Positions 1 to 9,441 of a DNA stretch of 64,000 nucleotides are shown in pieces. Position 1 is the first letter of the stretch. The number at the start of each line of letters is the position of its first letter. A program made the position numbers and the translations under genes. This stretch comes from Nigerium sp. (GTDB lineage: Bacteria > Actinomycetota > Actinomycetes > Propionibacteriales > Propionibacteriaceae), in contig NZ_JBDHZL010000003.1 in NCBI RefSeq assembly GCF_039811905.1, positions 3,355-67,354 on the forward strand, read 5' to 3'. The notes under the pieces were generated by a model that had not been told where the DNA came from, made no database searches, and was given only the letters and a program-made list of their open reading frames with translations.

Positions 1-965
1 GCCGGCGCGGCCGGCGCGCGTCGGGCCTTCACGCGCGTGCGCAGGCGCGGGTCGTTGAGGTCGTTCATCGACTCGCCCACGAGCGTCACGCCGAGCACGG
101 ACAGCACGATGGCGAGGCCGGGGAAGACCGACGTCCACCAGATGCCCGACGTGACGTCGGCCATCGAACGGTTCAGGTCGTAGCCCCACTCGGACGCCGA
201 CGTCGGCTCGATGCCGAAGCCGATGAAGCCCAGGCCGGCCAGCGTCAGGATCGCCTCGGAGGCGTTGAGGGTGAAGATGAGCGGCAGTGTCCGGGTGGCG
301 TTGCGGAACACGTGCCCGAACAGGATGCGCGGGACGCCGACCCCGATCACCTTCGCCGACTCGACGAACGGCTCGGCCTTCAGCCGGATCGTCTCGGCCC
401 GGATCACGCGGAAGTACTGCGGGATGAACACGACCGTGATCGACAGGGCGGCGGACAGGATGCCGCCCCAGGCGTCCGAGCGGCCGCCCGAGATCACGAT
501 CGACATGACGATCGCGAGCAGCAGCGACGGGAACGCGTAGACGGCGTCCGCGATCATCACGGCGAGGCGGTCGAACCAGCCGCCCAGGTAGCCCGACACC
601 AGGCCGAGCAGCACGCCCAGGAACAGCGAGAAGACGACGGCGCAGGCCATGACGGCGACGGCCGTCCGGGTGCCCCAGATCACCCGGCTGAGCACGTCGA
701 ACCCGGCGACGGTCGTGCCGAGCGGGTTGCGCGCGGAGGGCGGCTGCTGGCTGCCGAAGACGCCCGCGGCGTCCGTGGTCTGCGCCCACGAGTAGGGGGC
801 GAGCAGCGGCGCCAACGCGGCCGTGACGAGCAGGATCGCGGTCAGCGTCAGCCCGGCGATCAGCATGCCGCGCTGCAGCCCGTGGCTGCGGCGCAGGTCG
901 GCGACGACCGGCAGCCGCAGGTACCAGGGGTCGCGCGGGTCGGCGAGATGGGCTTGGTCGGCCAT
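1..965 (-). CDS. Peptide/nickel ABC transporter permease (DppC/OppC-like), 3' end runs off window
   Basis: Manually translated from ATG at 965: MADQAHLADPRDPWYLRLPVV..., hydrophobic TM segments, directly downstream of the DppB-like permease. Confidence 0.85.
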   Translation of the reverse strand, partial: MADQAHLADPRDPWYLRLPVVADLRRSHGLQRGMLIAGLTLTAILLVTAALAPLLAPYSWAQTTDAAGVFGSQQPPSARNPLGTTVAGFDVLSRVIWGTRTAVAVMACAVVFSLFLGVLLGLVSGYLGGWFDRLAVMIADAVYAFPSLLLAIVMSIVISGGRSDAWGGILSAALSITVVFIPQYFRVIRAETIRLKAEPFVESAKVIGVGVPRILFGHVFRNATRTLPLIFTLNASEAILTLAGLGFIGFGIEPTSASEWGYDLNRSMADVTSGIWWTSVFPGLAIVLSVLGVTLVGESMNDLNDPRLRTRVKARRAPAAP

Positions 966-968
966 GGG

Positions 969-2087
969 TCAGTACCTCACTCGCGGGTCGATGAGGGCCG
1001 CGACGACGTCGACCACGAAGTTGGTGACGGCCACGATCACGGCCATGAGCATCACGATGCCCTGCACGGCGACGTAGTCGCGGGCGCCCATGTACTGGGC
1101 GAGCATGAAGCCGAGGCCCTTCCACTCGAACGTGGTCTCGGTGAGCACCGCGCCGCCGAGGCTCATCGCGATCTGCATCCCCATCACGGTGATGATCGGG
1201 ATGAGGGCGGGCCGCAGCGCGTGCCGGCGCACGAGGCGCCCCTCTCCGACGCCGCGCGAGCGGGCGGACTCGATGTAGGGGCGCTCCAGGGTGCCGATCA
1301 GGTTCGTCCGGACGAGGCGCAGGAACACCCCGCCCGTCAGCAGGCCCAGCGCGACGCCAGGGAGGATCGCGTGCGAGAGGACGTCCGCGATCAGCGGCAG
1401 GCTGCCGAGGCGGAGGGCGTCCAGCAGGTAGAACGGCGACGGGTTGGTGATCGTGCCCATCGTGATCTCGCCCGAGGTCGAGATGCGTCCCGACACGGGC
1501 AGCCAGCCGAGGTTCACCGAGAAGATCAGCTTCAGCATGAGGCCGATGAAGAAGACGGGGGTCGCGTACCCGAGGATCGCGAAGACGCGCAGGGCGGCGT
1601 CCGGGGCGCGGTCGCGGCGCCGGGCCGCGACCATGCCGAGCGGGACGCCGATCGCCAGCGCGACGATCAGCGAGTAGAGCACGAGCTCGGCGGTCGCCGA
1701 GCCGTACCGCGTGAGGATCTGGGTGACGGGCTGGTTGTCGCTGAACGTCGTCCCGAAGTCGCCCCGCAGCATCCCGGCCAGGTATTCGCCGTACTGCACG
1801 AGCAGCGGCCGGTCGTACCCGGCCTCGTGGACGCGCTGGGCCAGCTGGTCGGGCGTCAGGCGTCCGCCGAGGGCCGCGGTGATCGGGTCGCCCGTGGACC
1901 GCATGAGAAAGAACACCACGGTGACCAAGATGAAGATCGTCGGGAAGATCAGCAGGAACCGGGTCGCCAGGTAGCGGCCAAGATTGCCGCCGCGGACCCG
2001 CGCGGCGGCCGTCCCGGGCATGGCGGCGTCCTGGGACGCCTCGGGTGCCGCGAGGTCGGGCCCCGCGCCGGTGTCGGTGTTCGTCAT
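969..2087 (-). CDS. Peptide ABC transporter permease (DppB/OppB-like)
   Basis: RYLATRFLLIFPTIFILVTVVF N-terminus, EAA loop (YIESARSRGVGE), ETTFEWKGLG, RDYVAVQG, DPRVRY; start set at MTNTD. Confidence 0.92.
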   Translation of the reverse strand: MTNTDTGAGPDLAAPEASQDAAMPGTAAARVRGGNLGRYLATRFLLIFPTIFILVTVVFFLMRSTGDPITAALGGRLTPDQLAQRVHEAGYDRPLLVQYGEYLAGMLRGDFGTTFSDNQPVTQILTRYGSATAELVLYSLIVALAIGVPLGMVAARRRDRAPDAALRVFAILGYATPVFFIGLMLKLIFSVNLGWLPVSGRISTSGEITMGTITNPSPFYLLDALRLGSLPLIADVLSHAILPGVALGLLTGGVFLRLVRTNLIGTLERPYIESARSRGVGEGRLVRRHALRPALIPIITVMGMQIAMSLGGAVLTETTFEWKGLGFMLAQYMGARDYVAVQGIVMLMAVIVAVTNFVVDVVAALIDPRVRY

Positions 2088-2158
2088 GTGCGCTCCGTCG
2101 CTCGGGGGAGGGCGCGGCGCCCCCGGCGAGGATGCCGGGAACGCCGCGCCCTGGGGAT

Positions 2159-3784
2159 CTACTTCGACAGCGTGCCGAGGCGCAGCTTGAACGAGGCGTC
2201 CAGCGTGACCCCCTTCACCGCCGTGCCCGCGATGGCGATCTGCTTGCCCTGCAGCAGCGGCAGGATCGACAGATCGTCGCTCAGGATGCCCTGGAGCTGG
2301 CCGAGCACCTTGTCGCGCTCGGCCTTGTCGGCGGTCGTGGCCTCCTTGCCGAGCAGCGACTGGACCTGCGCGTTGTCGTAGTGGTTCGCCAGGAAGTTGT
2401 TCTTGGCGAAGAACGGCGTCAGGTAGTTGTCGGGATCGGAGTAGTCCGGGAACCAGCCGAGCTGGTAGATCGGGTAGACGTCCTTCGTGCGGTCCTTGGA
2501 GTACTGCACCCACTCGGTCGACTGCAGGTTCACCTTGAACAGGTTCGACGACTCGAGCTGGGTCTTGACCATGGCGTACTCGTCACCCGAGCTGGGGCCG
2601 TAGTGGTCCGGGTTGTACTGGATGTTGAGCGTGACCGGCGTCTGGACGCCCGCCGCCGCGAGCACCTGGCGCGCCTTGTCGGCCGACGGCTTGCCCGACC
2701 CGTCGCCGTACTTCGTCTTGAGCTGGTCGCCCGAGCCCTCCAACCCCTCGGGGATGAAGCTGAACAGGGGCGTGTAGGTGTCCTTGTAGACCTGCGTCGA
2801 GATCGCCTGCCGGTCGACGAGGTTCGCCATCGCCTGCCGGACCGCCTGCGCCTTCTTCGCGTCGGCGCCCGACGCCTTCGCGCCGAACGGCATCGTGTTG
2901 AAGTTGAACACGATGTAGCGCATCTCGCCGCCGGGGCCCTCGTGCACGGTCACCTTGCTGTCGTTGCGCAGCGACGCGATGTCGGTGGCCGACAGGCTGC
3001 GGTGGGCCAGGTCGATGTTGCCCTGCTGGATGTCGAGCTTCATGTTGTTCGCGTCGGCGTAGTACTTCACGTTCACCGGCGACTTCGCCGCGCCCAGCAT
3101 GCCCTGGTAGCCGCCGTTCGGCGTGAGGCTCACGAGCTGGTTCAGGTTGTAGCTGGCGACGTCGTACTGGCCGGCGAACGGCTTGGCCTTGACGAGGCCG
3201 GCGTCCGGCATGACCTTGTCGGCGGGCAGCGACTCCTCGTCGACGATCGGGCCGGCCGGGCTGGAGAGGATCAGCGGCCAGGTCTGGTCGTTGGCACTCT
3301 TGAGGGTGAAGACGACGGTCGTCGGGTCGGGCGCGTCGGTCTTGGCCAGGTTGCCGAGCAGGGACGCCGGCCCGTTCGGGTCGTTGATCTTGAGCTGCCG
3401 GTCGAACGAGAACTTCACGTCGGAGCTCGTCAGATCGTGGCCGTTGGCGAACTTCAGCCCGGGCTTCAGCTTCACGGTGTAGGTGGTCGGGTTCGTGAAC
3501 TCCGCGGACGTCGCGATGTCGGGCTGCGGGGTCTGGTCGGCCGCGCCGGGCGCGGTGTTCACCAGGAACGGGTACACCTGGTTCATCAGGAAGAACGACC
3601 CGTTGTCGTAGCTGCCCGCCGGGTCGAGGGACGTCACCTTGTCGGTCGTGCCGGCCGTCAGCGGCGCCCCCTGGGACGCCCCCGATCCGGCCGTGTTCGT
3701 GGTGGTGGTCTGGGCGCAGCCAGCCGTCAGTGCCACGGCTGCACCCAGGGCGATCAGGACTTTGGTCCGTGGGAAGGGCCTCAT
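2159..3784 (-). CDS. ABC transporter substrate-binding lipoprotein, family 5
   Basis: Lipobox LTAGC, SLDPA, LKPGLKFANGHDLTSSDVKFSF, GWFPDYSDPD. Confidence 0.92.
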   Translation of the reverse strand: MRPFPRTKVLIALGAAVALTAGCAQTTTTNTAGSGASQGAPLTAGTTDKVTSLDPAGSYDNGSFFLMNQVYPFLVNTAPGAADQTPQPDIATSAEFTNPTTYTVKLKPGLKFANGHDLTSSDVKFSFDRQLKINDPNGPASLLGNLAKTDAPDPTTVVFTLKSANDQTWPLILSSPAGPIVDEESLPADKVMPDAGLVKAKPFAGQYDVASYNLNQLVSLTPNGGYQGMLGAAKSPVNVKYYADANNMKLDIQQGNIDLAHRSLSATDIASLRNDSKVTVHEGPGGEMRYIVFNFNTMPFGAKASGADAKKAQAVRQAMANLVDRQAISTQVYKDTYTPLFSFIPEGLEGSGDQLKTKYGDGSGKPSADKARQVLAAAGVQTPVTLNIQYNPDHYGPSSGDEYAMVKTQLESSNLFKVNLQSTEWVQYSKDRTKDVYPIYQLGWFPDYSDPDNYLTPFFAKNNFLANHYDNAQVQSLLGKEATTADKAERDKVLGQLQGILSDDLSILPLLQGKQIAIAGTAVKGVTLDASFKLRLGTLSK

Positions 3785-3927
3785 GGGTTCCTCTCTTGGT
3801 CAGGTGCCGACACCCGTCGTGGGGGCGCTGTCGTGGCGATGGGCACCGATCGTGCTCCGGCTCGTTGCCGGTGTGGTGAAAACTAATGGCCCTGTCAAGG
3901 TTGTGCCTTGATATTCACAGAACGAAA

Positions 3928-3967
3928 CCGCCGGCGTCCGGGCCGACGATGGCCCGGACGCCGGCGG
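3928..3967 (-). terminator. Intrinsic terminator after ldh; stem built from GGCGTCC/GGACGCC pair
   Basis: ccgccggcgtccgggcc-gacgat-ggcccggacgccggcgg, 17-bp perfect stem, followed by tttcgttct on minus strand. Confidence 0.8.
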
Positions 3968-4005
3968 CGTCCGTCAGGAAAAAGGGGTGGGAACCGATCG
4001 ACGGA

Positions 4006-4974
4006 TCAGAACCCGAGCGTGCTCAGCGTGTGCTTCAGCGCGGCGGCCGACGCCTTGAGCTTCACCAACTCCGTGTTGTTCAGCGGGACCTCCAGCACGC
4101 GCTCGATGCCCTTGTTCGACACGATGGAGGGTGCGGACAGGGCGACCCCCGAGACGCCGTAGTAGTCGTCGAGGACGCTGGACAGGGGCAGGATGACATC
4201 CTGATAACGCAGGATCGCCTCGGTGAGCCGGGCCCCGGTGAGGCCGATGGCGTAGTTCGTGGCGCCCTTGCCCTCGATGATCGAGTAGGCGGCGTGCACC
4301 GCGTCGTAGGCCAGCTCGTCGAGGACGTCTTCGCTGAACACTCGCTGGCCCGCCGCGTCCTTCCAATCCAGGATCGGGACGTGCCCGATCTCGGCGTTCG
4401 ACCAGGTCGGGAACTCGGAGTCGCCGTGCTCGCCCATGATCGTGGCGTGCACGTTGGCGAGGCCGACGCCGGCCTTCTGGGCGATCGCCCAGCGCAGCCG
4501 CGACGTGTCGAGCATGGTGCCGGTCGAGAAGACCTGGTTGGCGGGCAGGCCGCTCACCTTCTGGGCGACCACCGTGAGGACGTCACACGGGTTCGTGACG
4601 AGCACGTAGATCGCGTTCGGGGCCTGCTCGAGCAACTGCGGCATCAGGGACTTCATGATGTTCGCGTTGACGCCCGCCAACTCGAGGCGGGTCTGGCCGG
4701 GCTTCTGCCGGGCACCGGCGGTGATGATGACGATGGACGAATCCTTGACGACCTCGATGTCGGCGCCGCCGGTGACGTACGAGGTCGGCGTGAACTGGGT
4801 GCCGTGGGAGAGGTCAGCGACCTCGGCGTCGACCTTTTTCGCATTGATGTCGAACAGGGCGATCTCACGCGCGGAGCCTCGGATCAACGCCGCGTACGCG
4901 AGCGACGAACCGACGGAGCCGGCGCCGATGACGCTGAGCTTCAATGCATTCAGGTCTGGGAGTTGGGTGCTCAT
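4006..4974 (-). CDS. ldh: L-lactate dehydrogenase
   Basis: VIGAGSVG Rossmann motif, [45 protein letters not shown]; leaderless TAGGCT 7 nt before ATG 4974. Confidence 0.95.
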   Translation of the reverse strand: MSTQLPDLNALKLSVIGAGSVGSSLAYAALIRGSAREIALFDINAKKVDAEVADLSHGTQFTPTSYVTGGADIEVVKDSSIVIITAGARQKPGQTRLELAGVNANIMKSLMPQLLEQAPNAIYVLVTNPCDVLTVVAQKVSGLPANQVFSTGTMLDTSRLRWAIAQKAGVGLANVHATIMGEHGDSEFPTWSNAEIGHVPILDWKDAAGQRVFSEDVLDELAYDAVHAAYSIIEGKGATNYAIGLTGARLTEAILRYQDVILPLSSVLDDYYGVSGVALSAPSIVSNKGIERVLEVPLNNTELVKLKASAAALKHTLSTLGF

Positions 4975-5148
4975 GCGGCCCAGCCTAGGGGCTGGACGCG
5001 GGTCGGTGCAGGGGGCCGGGAACAATCAGCGCGACCTTTCCGCGGCGCGCGTCGGCGACCCGTCGGCGACCCATCGGAGGCTGTTTCGGGCGCCTCGCCC
5101 GCGTCGCTGCCGGCTCGTCGCGCGGCGCGATGCGAAGCTGGGAGCATC

Positions 5149-5976
5149 ATGAAGCGAACCTCCCTAGCTTGCGCCAGCGCCGTGTTGCTGCTGGTGGGCG
5201 GCTGCTCCAGCACGAGCACCGCCACCGCGCCTGCGTGGACGCCGACCGAGGCCCCCACGCCGACGATCACCCCGTCTTCCCCGGCCCCCTCCGTGAGCCC
5301 CACCGAGACGGCGTCCCCCACCGCGTCCCCGTCGTCGGCGTCCGCGAGCCCGGGTGCGGATTCTGCGTCCCCGTCGCCGTCCGGGTCGGCGTCCCACTCG
5401 CCAAGCGGTTCGGCGACGCCGGCGGCGTCCGCGGCGCCCCGCGCGGCCACGGACGCCGGGTCGGTCGGCACGATGCCGTCCGGCTTCCGGCTGCCCGGCG
5501 GCCTGCGGGCCGACAACACGCTGCAGAACCTCGACCCGTGCCTCACGGTGACGGGCAAGACGGACGCCCTCGCGCAGCGCTCGGCGTCCCGGTTCAGCAG
5601 GACCGCGAACGCCCGCGCGTTCACCGGCAACGGCGGCATCGTCTTCGCCAGCGAGGACGCAGCCCGCGCCTTCATGCGCGACGCGATCGCCAAGTCGGAC
5701 GCCTGCCGCACGACCCGGACGCGGACGGGCGTGGGGCTGCTGGCGTCCCGCACGGCACCCACCAACGCGGCCTGGGACCGGTCGGTCTTCACCGCCAGCC
5801 AGGTGCCGAACGCGAGCGCCAACGGGCAGCCGTGGGGCCAGGGGACGCTCATCGTCCGCAAGGGCCAGTACGTCGCGGTCTACAACAAGGCGGGCATGAC
5901 CGACCGCGCGCCGGCCGGCCCGTCGAAGGAGGCCGTCGCGCAGGTGACCGAGATCCTGAAGGGCCTCGCTAGCTGA
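5149..5976 (+). CDS. Lipoprotein with Ser/Pro/Thr-rich linker and C-terminal globular domain, function unknown
   Basis: MKRTSLACASAVLLLVGGC lipobox, then PSASPS-rich linker. Confidence 0.75.
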   Translation: MKRTSLACASAVLLLVGGCSSTSTATAPAWTPTEAPTPTITPSSPAPSVSPTETASPTASPSSASASPGADSASPSPSGSASHSPSGSATPAASAAPRAATDAGSVGTMPSGFRLPGGLRADNTLQNLDPCLTVTGKTDALAQRSASRFSRTANARAFTGNGGIVFASEDAARAFMRDAIAKSDACRTTRTRTGVGLLASRTAPTNAAWDRSVFTASQVPNASANGQPWGQGTLIVRKGQYVAVYNKAGMTDRAPAGPSKEAVAQVTEILKGLAS

Positions 5977-6622
5977 GGCCGGCCGCCGTCGCGATGACGA
6001 CGAGCTGCACGCGATCGCGCGCGCCCAGCTTCAGCATGATGTGGCTGACGTGGGTGCGCGCGGTCGCCTTCGTGATCCAGAGCCGCTCGGCGATCTCGGC
6101 GTTGTTGAGGCCCTGACCCACGAGGCGCAGCACCTCGCGCTCCCGGTCGGTGAGGTCGCCCAGCTTGGGGTGCGTCGCCGGCTGCTCGCGCGGACGCGTC
6201 GCGAACGCGGCGATCACCCGCCGGGTCACCGTCGGCGACAGCAGCGACTCGCCGGCGGCCGCTGCGCGGATCGCGCGGACGATGTCGTCGGGATCGGATT
6301 CCTTCACCAGGAACCCCGCCGCCCCGCCCTCGAGGGCGGCGAACACGTACTCGTCGAGCTCGAACGTGGTCAGCATCACCACGTGGACGCCCGCCAGCGC
6401 GTCGTCGGCGGTGATCGCGCGGAGGGCGCCGAGGCCGTCCAGTTCGGGCATGCGGATGTCGAGCAGCACGACGTCCGGTCGCTCGCGTCGCACGAGGGCG
6501 AGCGCCGCGGCGCCGTCGTCAGCCTCGCCGACCAGTTCGAGGTCGGGCTCGGTGCGGATGAGGGCGCGCAGCCCCATCCGCACGAGCGCCTGATCGTCGG
6601 CGACGACGACGCGGATGGTCAC
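5969..6622 (-). CDS. NarL/LuxR-family response regulator
   Basis: IRVVVADDQALVR, VLLDIRMP, LTTF, GFLVK, LTDREREVLRLVGQGLNNAEIA HTH; GTG start overlaps kinase stop. Confidence 0.93.
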   Translation of the reverse strand: MTIRVVVADDQALVRMGLRALIRTEPDLELVGEADDGAAALALVRRERPDVVLLDIRMPELDGLGALRAITADDALAGVHVVMLTTFELDEYVFAALEGGAAGFLVKESDPDDIVRAIRAAAAGESLLSPTVTRRVIAAFATRPREQPATHPKLGDLTDREREVLRLVGQGLNNAEIAERLWITKATARTHVSHIMLKLGARDRVQLVVIATAAGLS

Positions 6623-7800
6623 GAGGGGTCCTCCTGGGAGGTGTGGGGATCGGGAGCGCTGAGGGGCAGCCGCGCGCTGACGACCGTGCCCGCGGGCGTC
6701 GAGGAGACGTCCAGCATCCCCCCGACGGACGCCGCCCGCTCGCGCATGCCGCGGATGCCGCCCCCCTCCACCAGGGACGCCGGGCCCCCATCGTCGCGGA
6801 CGTCCACCGTCAGGACGCCGCCGTCCGCCGCGACCGCGACGGCGACGGACGCCCCGGGCGCGTGCCGGACGGCGTTCGTCAGGGACTCCTGCACGATCCG
6901 GTAGGCCGCGGTCTGGACGCCGCGGGGCGCGACGGCCGCGGCGTCCGAGACCGCGAGGGTGACGGCGGGGCCGCCTGCGCGGGCGCGTCCGACGAGGGCG
7001 GGGAGCGCGTCCAGGGCCGGTGTGGGGGCGAGGAGGGCGGCGTCCGGGTCGGCGCCGAAGACGCCGAGCGCGGACCGGAGGTCGGCGAGCGACTCGCGCG
7101 CCGAGGCGCGGATCGCCTCCAGCGACGCGCGCGCCTGGGCCGGGTCGGCGTCCAGGACGCGCAGCGCGACGCCCGACTGCAGCGAGATGACGGATAGCGA
7201 GTGGCCGACGATGTCGTGGACGTCGCGGGCCATGCGCAGCCGTTCGTCGGTGGTGGCGCGGTGCAGTTCTTCGTCGCGCTCGCGACGTAGGCGCGCCCGG
7301 TGTGCGGAGCGCGCCGTCCAGATGGCGGCGGGCACGAGGATCCACAGGAGGGTGGAGCCGAGGCGTCCGAGTTCGAGCGCGTCGACAGGGTGCCCGGGCG
7401 CGAGGAAGCGCGCCCCGAGCATCGGGATCAGCAGCAGGAGCCACCGCCACGCGGACGTCCCGTACCGGCACGCGAGACCGATCACCGCGACCGCGGCCGC
7501 GACGGCCGCTCCCGGCACCGTGCCGCCCTGGGCGAGGTACGCGGCCAGGGCGACGGTGGCCGCCACGTAGCTCGCGCGCGGCCACCACTGGCGCAGCGCG
7601 ACGGCGAGGGTCGCGGCCATCGCGGCGGCGAGCAGCCCGGGCGGGATCGGGGGGTACTGGCCCAGGCGTCCCATCATCGGGCCACGCATCGCGGGATCGT
7701 CGGGCCAGGGGATCGAGCCGATCCGGGCGCCCGCCAGCAGCGCGAACGCGACGACCAGCGTCGCGAGCGCGTAGCGCGCGGTGCTGGCTGCCCGGTTCAT
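6619..7800 (-). CDS. Membrane sensor histidine kinase (HisKA_3 type)
   Basis: ERLRMARDVHDIVGHSLS H-box, YRIVQESLTNAVRHA, DDG, GGGIRGMRERA. Confidence 0.93.
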   Translation of the reverse strand: MNRAASTARYALATLVVAFALLAGARIGSIPWPDDPAMRGPMMGRLGQYPPIPPGLLAAAMAATLAVALRQWWPRASYVAATVALAAYLAQGGTVPGAAVAAAVAVIGLACRYGTSAWRWLLLLIPMLGARFLAPGHPVDALELGRLGSTLLWILVPAAIWTARSAHRARLRRERDEELHRATTDERLRMARDVHDIVGHSLSVISLQSGVALRVLDADPAQARASLEAIRASARESLADLRSALGVFGADPDAALLAPTPALDALPALVGRARAGGPAVTLAVSDAAAVAPRGVQTAAYRIVQESLTNAVRHAPGASVAVAVAADGGVLTVDVRDDGGPASLVEGGGIRGMRERAASVGGMLDVSSTPAGTVVSARLPLSAPDPHTSQEDPS

Positions 7801-7848
7801 GGACCCAGCCTACGAAGAGGTGGGCCGCCGGGCATCGGGCGACCGGCG

Positions 7849-7864
7849 TACGTCAGCGTGCGTA
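7849..7864. promoter_or_regulatory. Candidate response-regulator site in divergent intergenic region
   Basis: TACG-TCAGCGTG-CGTA inverted ends between kinase start and SHOCT gene. Confidence 0.3.
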
Positions 7865-7925
7865 GACGGGGCGCGCAGGTGTCGTCCGGGGGCCGATGGC
7901 CGCGACGTCGGCGCCGGGAACGCTG

Positions 7926-8303
7926 ATGGTCATGGACAACGCACTGACCGTGATTCCGGCTCTGATCCCGCTGCACATGATGGGCGCGGGCGGCTGCTTC
8001 GGCGGCTTCCTGCTGCTCCCGATCCTGCTGATCCTCTTCGCGGTGCTCGTCGGGCGGGGACGCCTCGGGCGGCTCGTCTGGCGCGACGGCTCCGGACGCC
8101 GCGGCTACCGGGGGGCCTGGCGTCCCGGCCCCTGGACGCCCGACGGCTCGGCCGACGTGACGCAGGGCGGGCCGGCGGGCCCGCAGTCACCGGCGGACCG
8201 TGCCCGAGCGGACGCCCTCGCCACGCTGCGCGACCGGTTGGCGTCCGGCGACATCACCCCTGAGGAGTACCGCGAGCGGGCCGCCGCGCTCGACCCGCGC
8301 TGA
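7926..8303 (+). CDS. Small single-TM SHOCT-domain protein
   Basis: Hydrophobic segment FGGFLLLPILLILFAVLV; C-terminal ALATLRDRLASGDITPEEYRERAAAL; start uncertain (7896/7926/7932). Confidence 0.8.
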   Translation: MVMDNALTVIPALIPLHMMGAGGCFGGFLLLPILLILFAVLVGRGRLGRLVWRDGSGRRGYRGAWRPGPWTPDGSADVTQGGPAGPQSPADRARADALATLRDRLASGDITPEEYRERAAALDPR

Positions 8304-8351
8304 CACCCGCGCTGACCCTCGCGCCCGGCTCCACCTTCACCCCTCCACAAC

Positions 8352-8389
8352 GTCAACCCTTGTCAACCCGGTATCGGTCCGGGTCAACC
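8352..8389 (+). promoter_or_regulatory. Three phased GTCAACC direct repeats
   Basis: Copies at 8352, 8362 and 8383 (10 and 21 bp apart), just upstream of RBS aaggaa. Confidence 0.4.
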
Positions 8390-8403
8390 GAAAGGAAACC
8401 ACC

Positions 8404-8619
8404 ATGATCGGACTGCTCATCATCGGCGTCATCGCCTTCTTCCTGCTGCGCGACGGACGCGTAGGGCCGCTGTCGATCGACCGCTCCGGCGCCCCCGGAC
8501 GCGGACCCGGCTGCTGGCGGCACCGCGACCCGGAAGCGCTGCTCGCCGAGCGGCTGGCGTCCGGGGACATCAGCGCCGACGAGTACCGCGAGCGCGTCGC
8601 CACCCTGCGCGAGGTGTGA
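8404..8619 (+). CDS. Second small single-TM SHOCT-domain protein
   Basis: RBS aaggaaacc-ATG; MIGLLIIGVIAFFLLR; PEALLAERLASGDISADEYRERVATL. Confidence 0.82.
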   Translation: MIGLLIIGVIAFFLLRDGRVGPLSIDRSGAPGRGPGCWRHRDPEALLAERLASGDISADEYRERVATLREV

Positions 8620-8700
8620 CGCGAGCGAGGCGTCCTGCCAGGCGAGCCAACCGACGGCCCCGGCGTCCCTGTGGCGCTGGGGCCCTACCCGTGCGCCGGG

Positions 8701-9339
8701 TCAGCCGTCGGACGGCGTCGGCGTCGGCGTCGGCGTCTGAGTCGGCTTGGGGCGGCGCCGCGTCCGAGGTTCGGGGTGGACGACCCGGTAGTGGGTCGTG
8801 AGGTAGCCGTGCTCGTTCCACGAGGTGCCGAGGTGGACGAACCGCAGGTCGTCGCGGACCGGCCCGAACAGCGCGATGCCGTCGCCGAGCACGACGGGGG
8901 CCCTGGTCAGGACGAGGTCGTCGATGAGTCCGCGGGCGAGCCAGTCGGAGACGACGCCGGCGCCGTCGACGTAGACGGCCTGGCTGTCGCGGTCGGTGAG
9001 CGTCCGGACGGCCTCGCTGGTGGAGCGGACGACCGTGATCCGGTCGTCGCCGTGGTTGAGGGTGTGGCTCAGCACGAGCACCTGATGGTCGGGGTAGGGC
9101 CACTCGTCGAATCGGCGGACGACCTCGTAGGTGCCGCGTCCCATGAGCACGTGGTCGACGCCGGCGAGGTGCTCGTCGTAGGAGGGGACGGCGTCGCTGG
9201 GTTGGGGCTCGACGTGGCCCGCGGAGGGCGGGGGGTCGGTCAACCAAGCGAGGTCGTGGTTGCGGCGGGCGACGTAGCCGTCGAGGCTCGTGGCGAGGAA
9301 CGCCCTGCCCTCCCACGTGCGGGGGTGGTGGATGCTCAT
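8701..9339 (-). CDS. Dihydrofolate reductase-family (RibD C-terminal-like) protein
   Basis: FLATSLDGYVA, LMGRGTYE, VYVDGAG, GLIDDLVLTRAPVVLGDGIALF. Confidence 0.88.
   Translation of the reverse strand: MSIHHPRTWEGRAFLATSLDGYVARRNHDLAWLTDPPPSAGHVEPQPSDAVPSYDEHLAGVDHVLMGRGTYEVVRRFDEWPYPDHQVLVLSHTLNHGDDRITVVRSTSEAVRTLTDRDSQAVYVDGAGVVSDWLARGLIDDLVLTRAPVVLGDGIALFGPVRDDLRFVHLGTSWNEHGYLTTHYRVVHPEPRTRRRPKPTQTPTPTPTPSDG
8713..8736. repeat. (CGGCGT)4 microsatellite encoding Thr-Pro tail
   Basis: cggcgtcggcgtcggcgtcggcgt in the 3' end of the DHFR-like gene. Confidence 0.7.
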
Positions 9340-9357
9340 GACGTCCTGACGTTCGGG

Positions 9358-9415
9358 GGAACCGAGGTCCTGAGAACCGAGGTGCTGGGAACCGTGATTC
9401 TAGGGAACCGTGAGG
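9358..9415. repeat. Four tandem 15-16 bp repeats with GAACCG core
   Basis: ggaaccgaggtcctg / agaaccgaggtgctg / ggaaccgtgattctag / ggaaccgtgagg. Confidence 0.75.
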
Positions 9416-9441
9416 CCCATGCTAGGCATCCGATGGCCCGC

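Noticed and set aside
3899-3920. TTGTG...TTCACA as Rex or CRP/GlxR site
   Set aside because: Half-site spacing (TGTGC-N8-TCACA) fits neither Rex nor CRP geometry
9358-9415. CRISPR array
   Set aside because: Units are only 15-16 bp, directly adjacent with no unique spacers, and no cas genes are present
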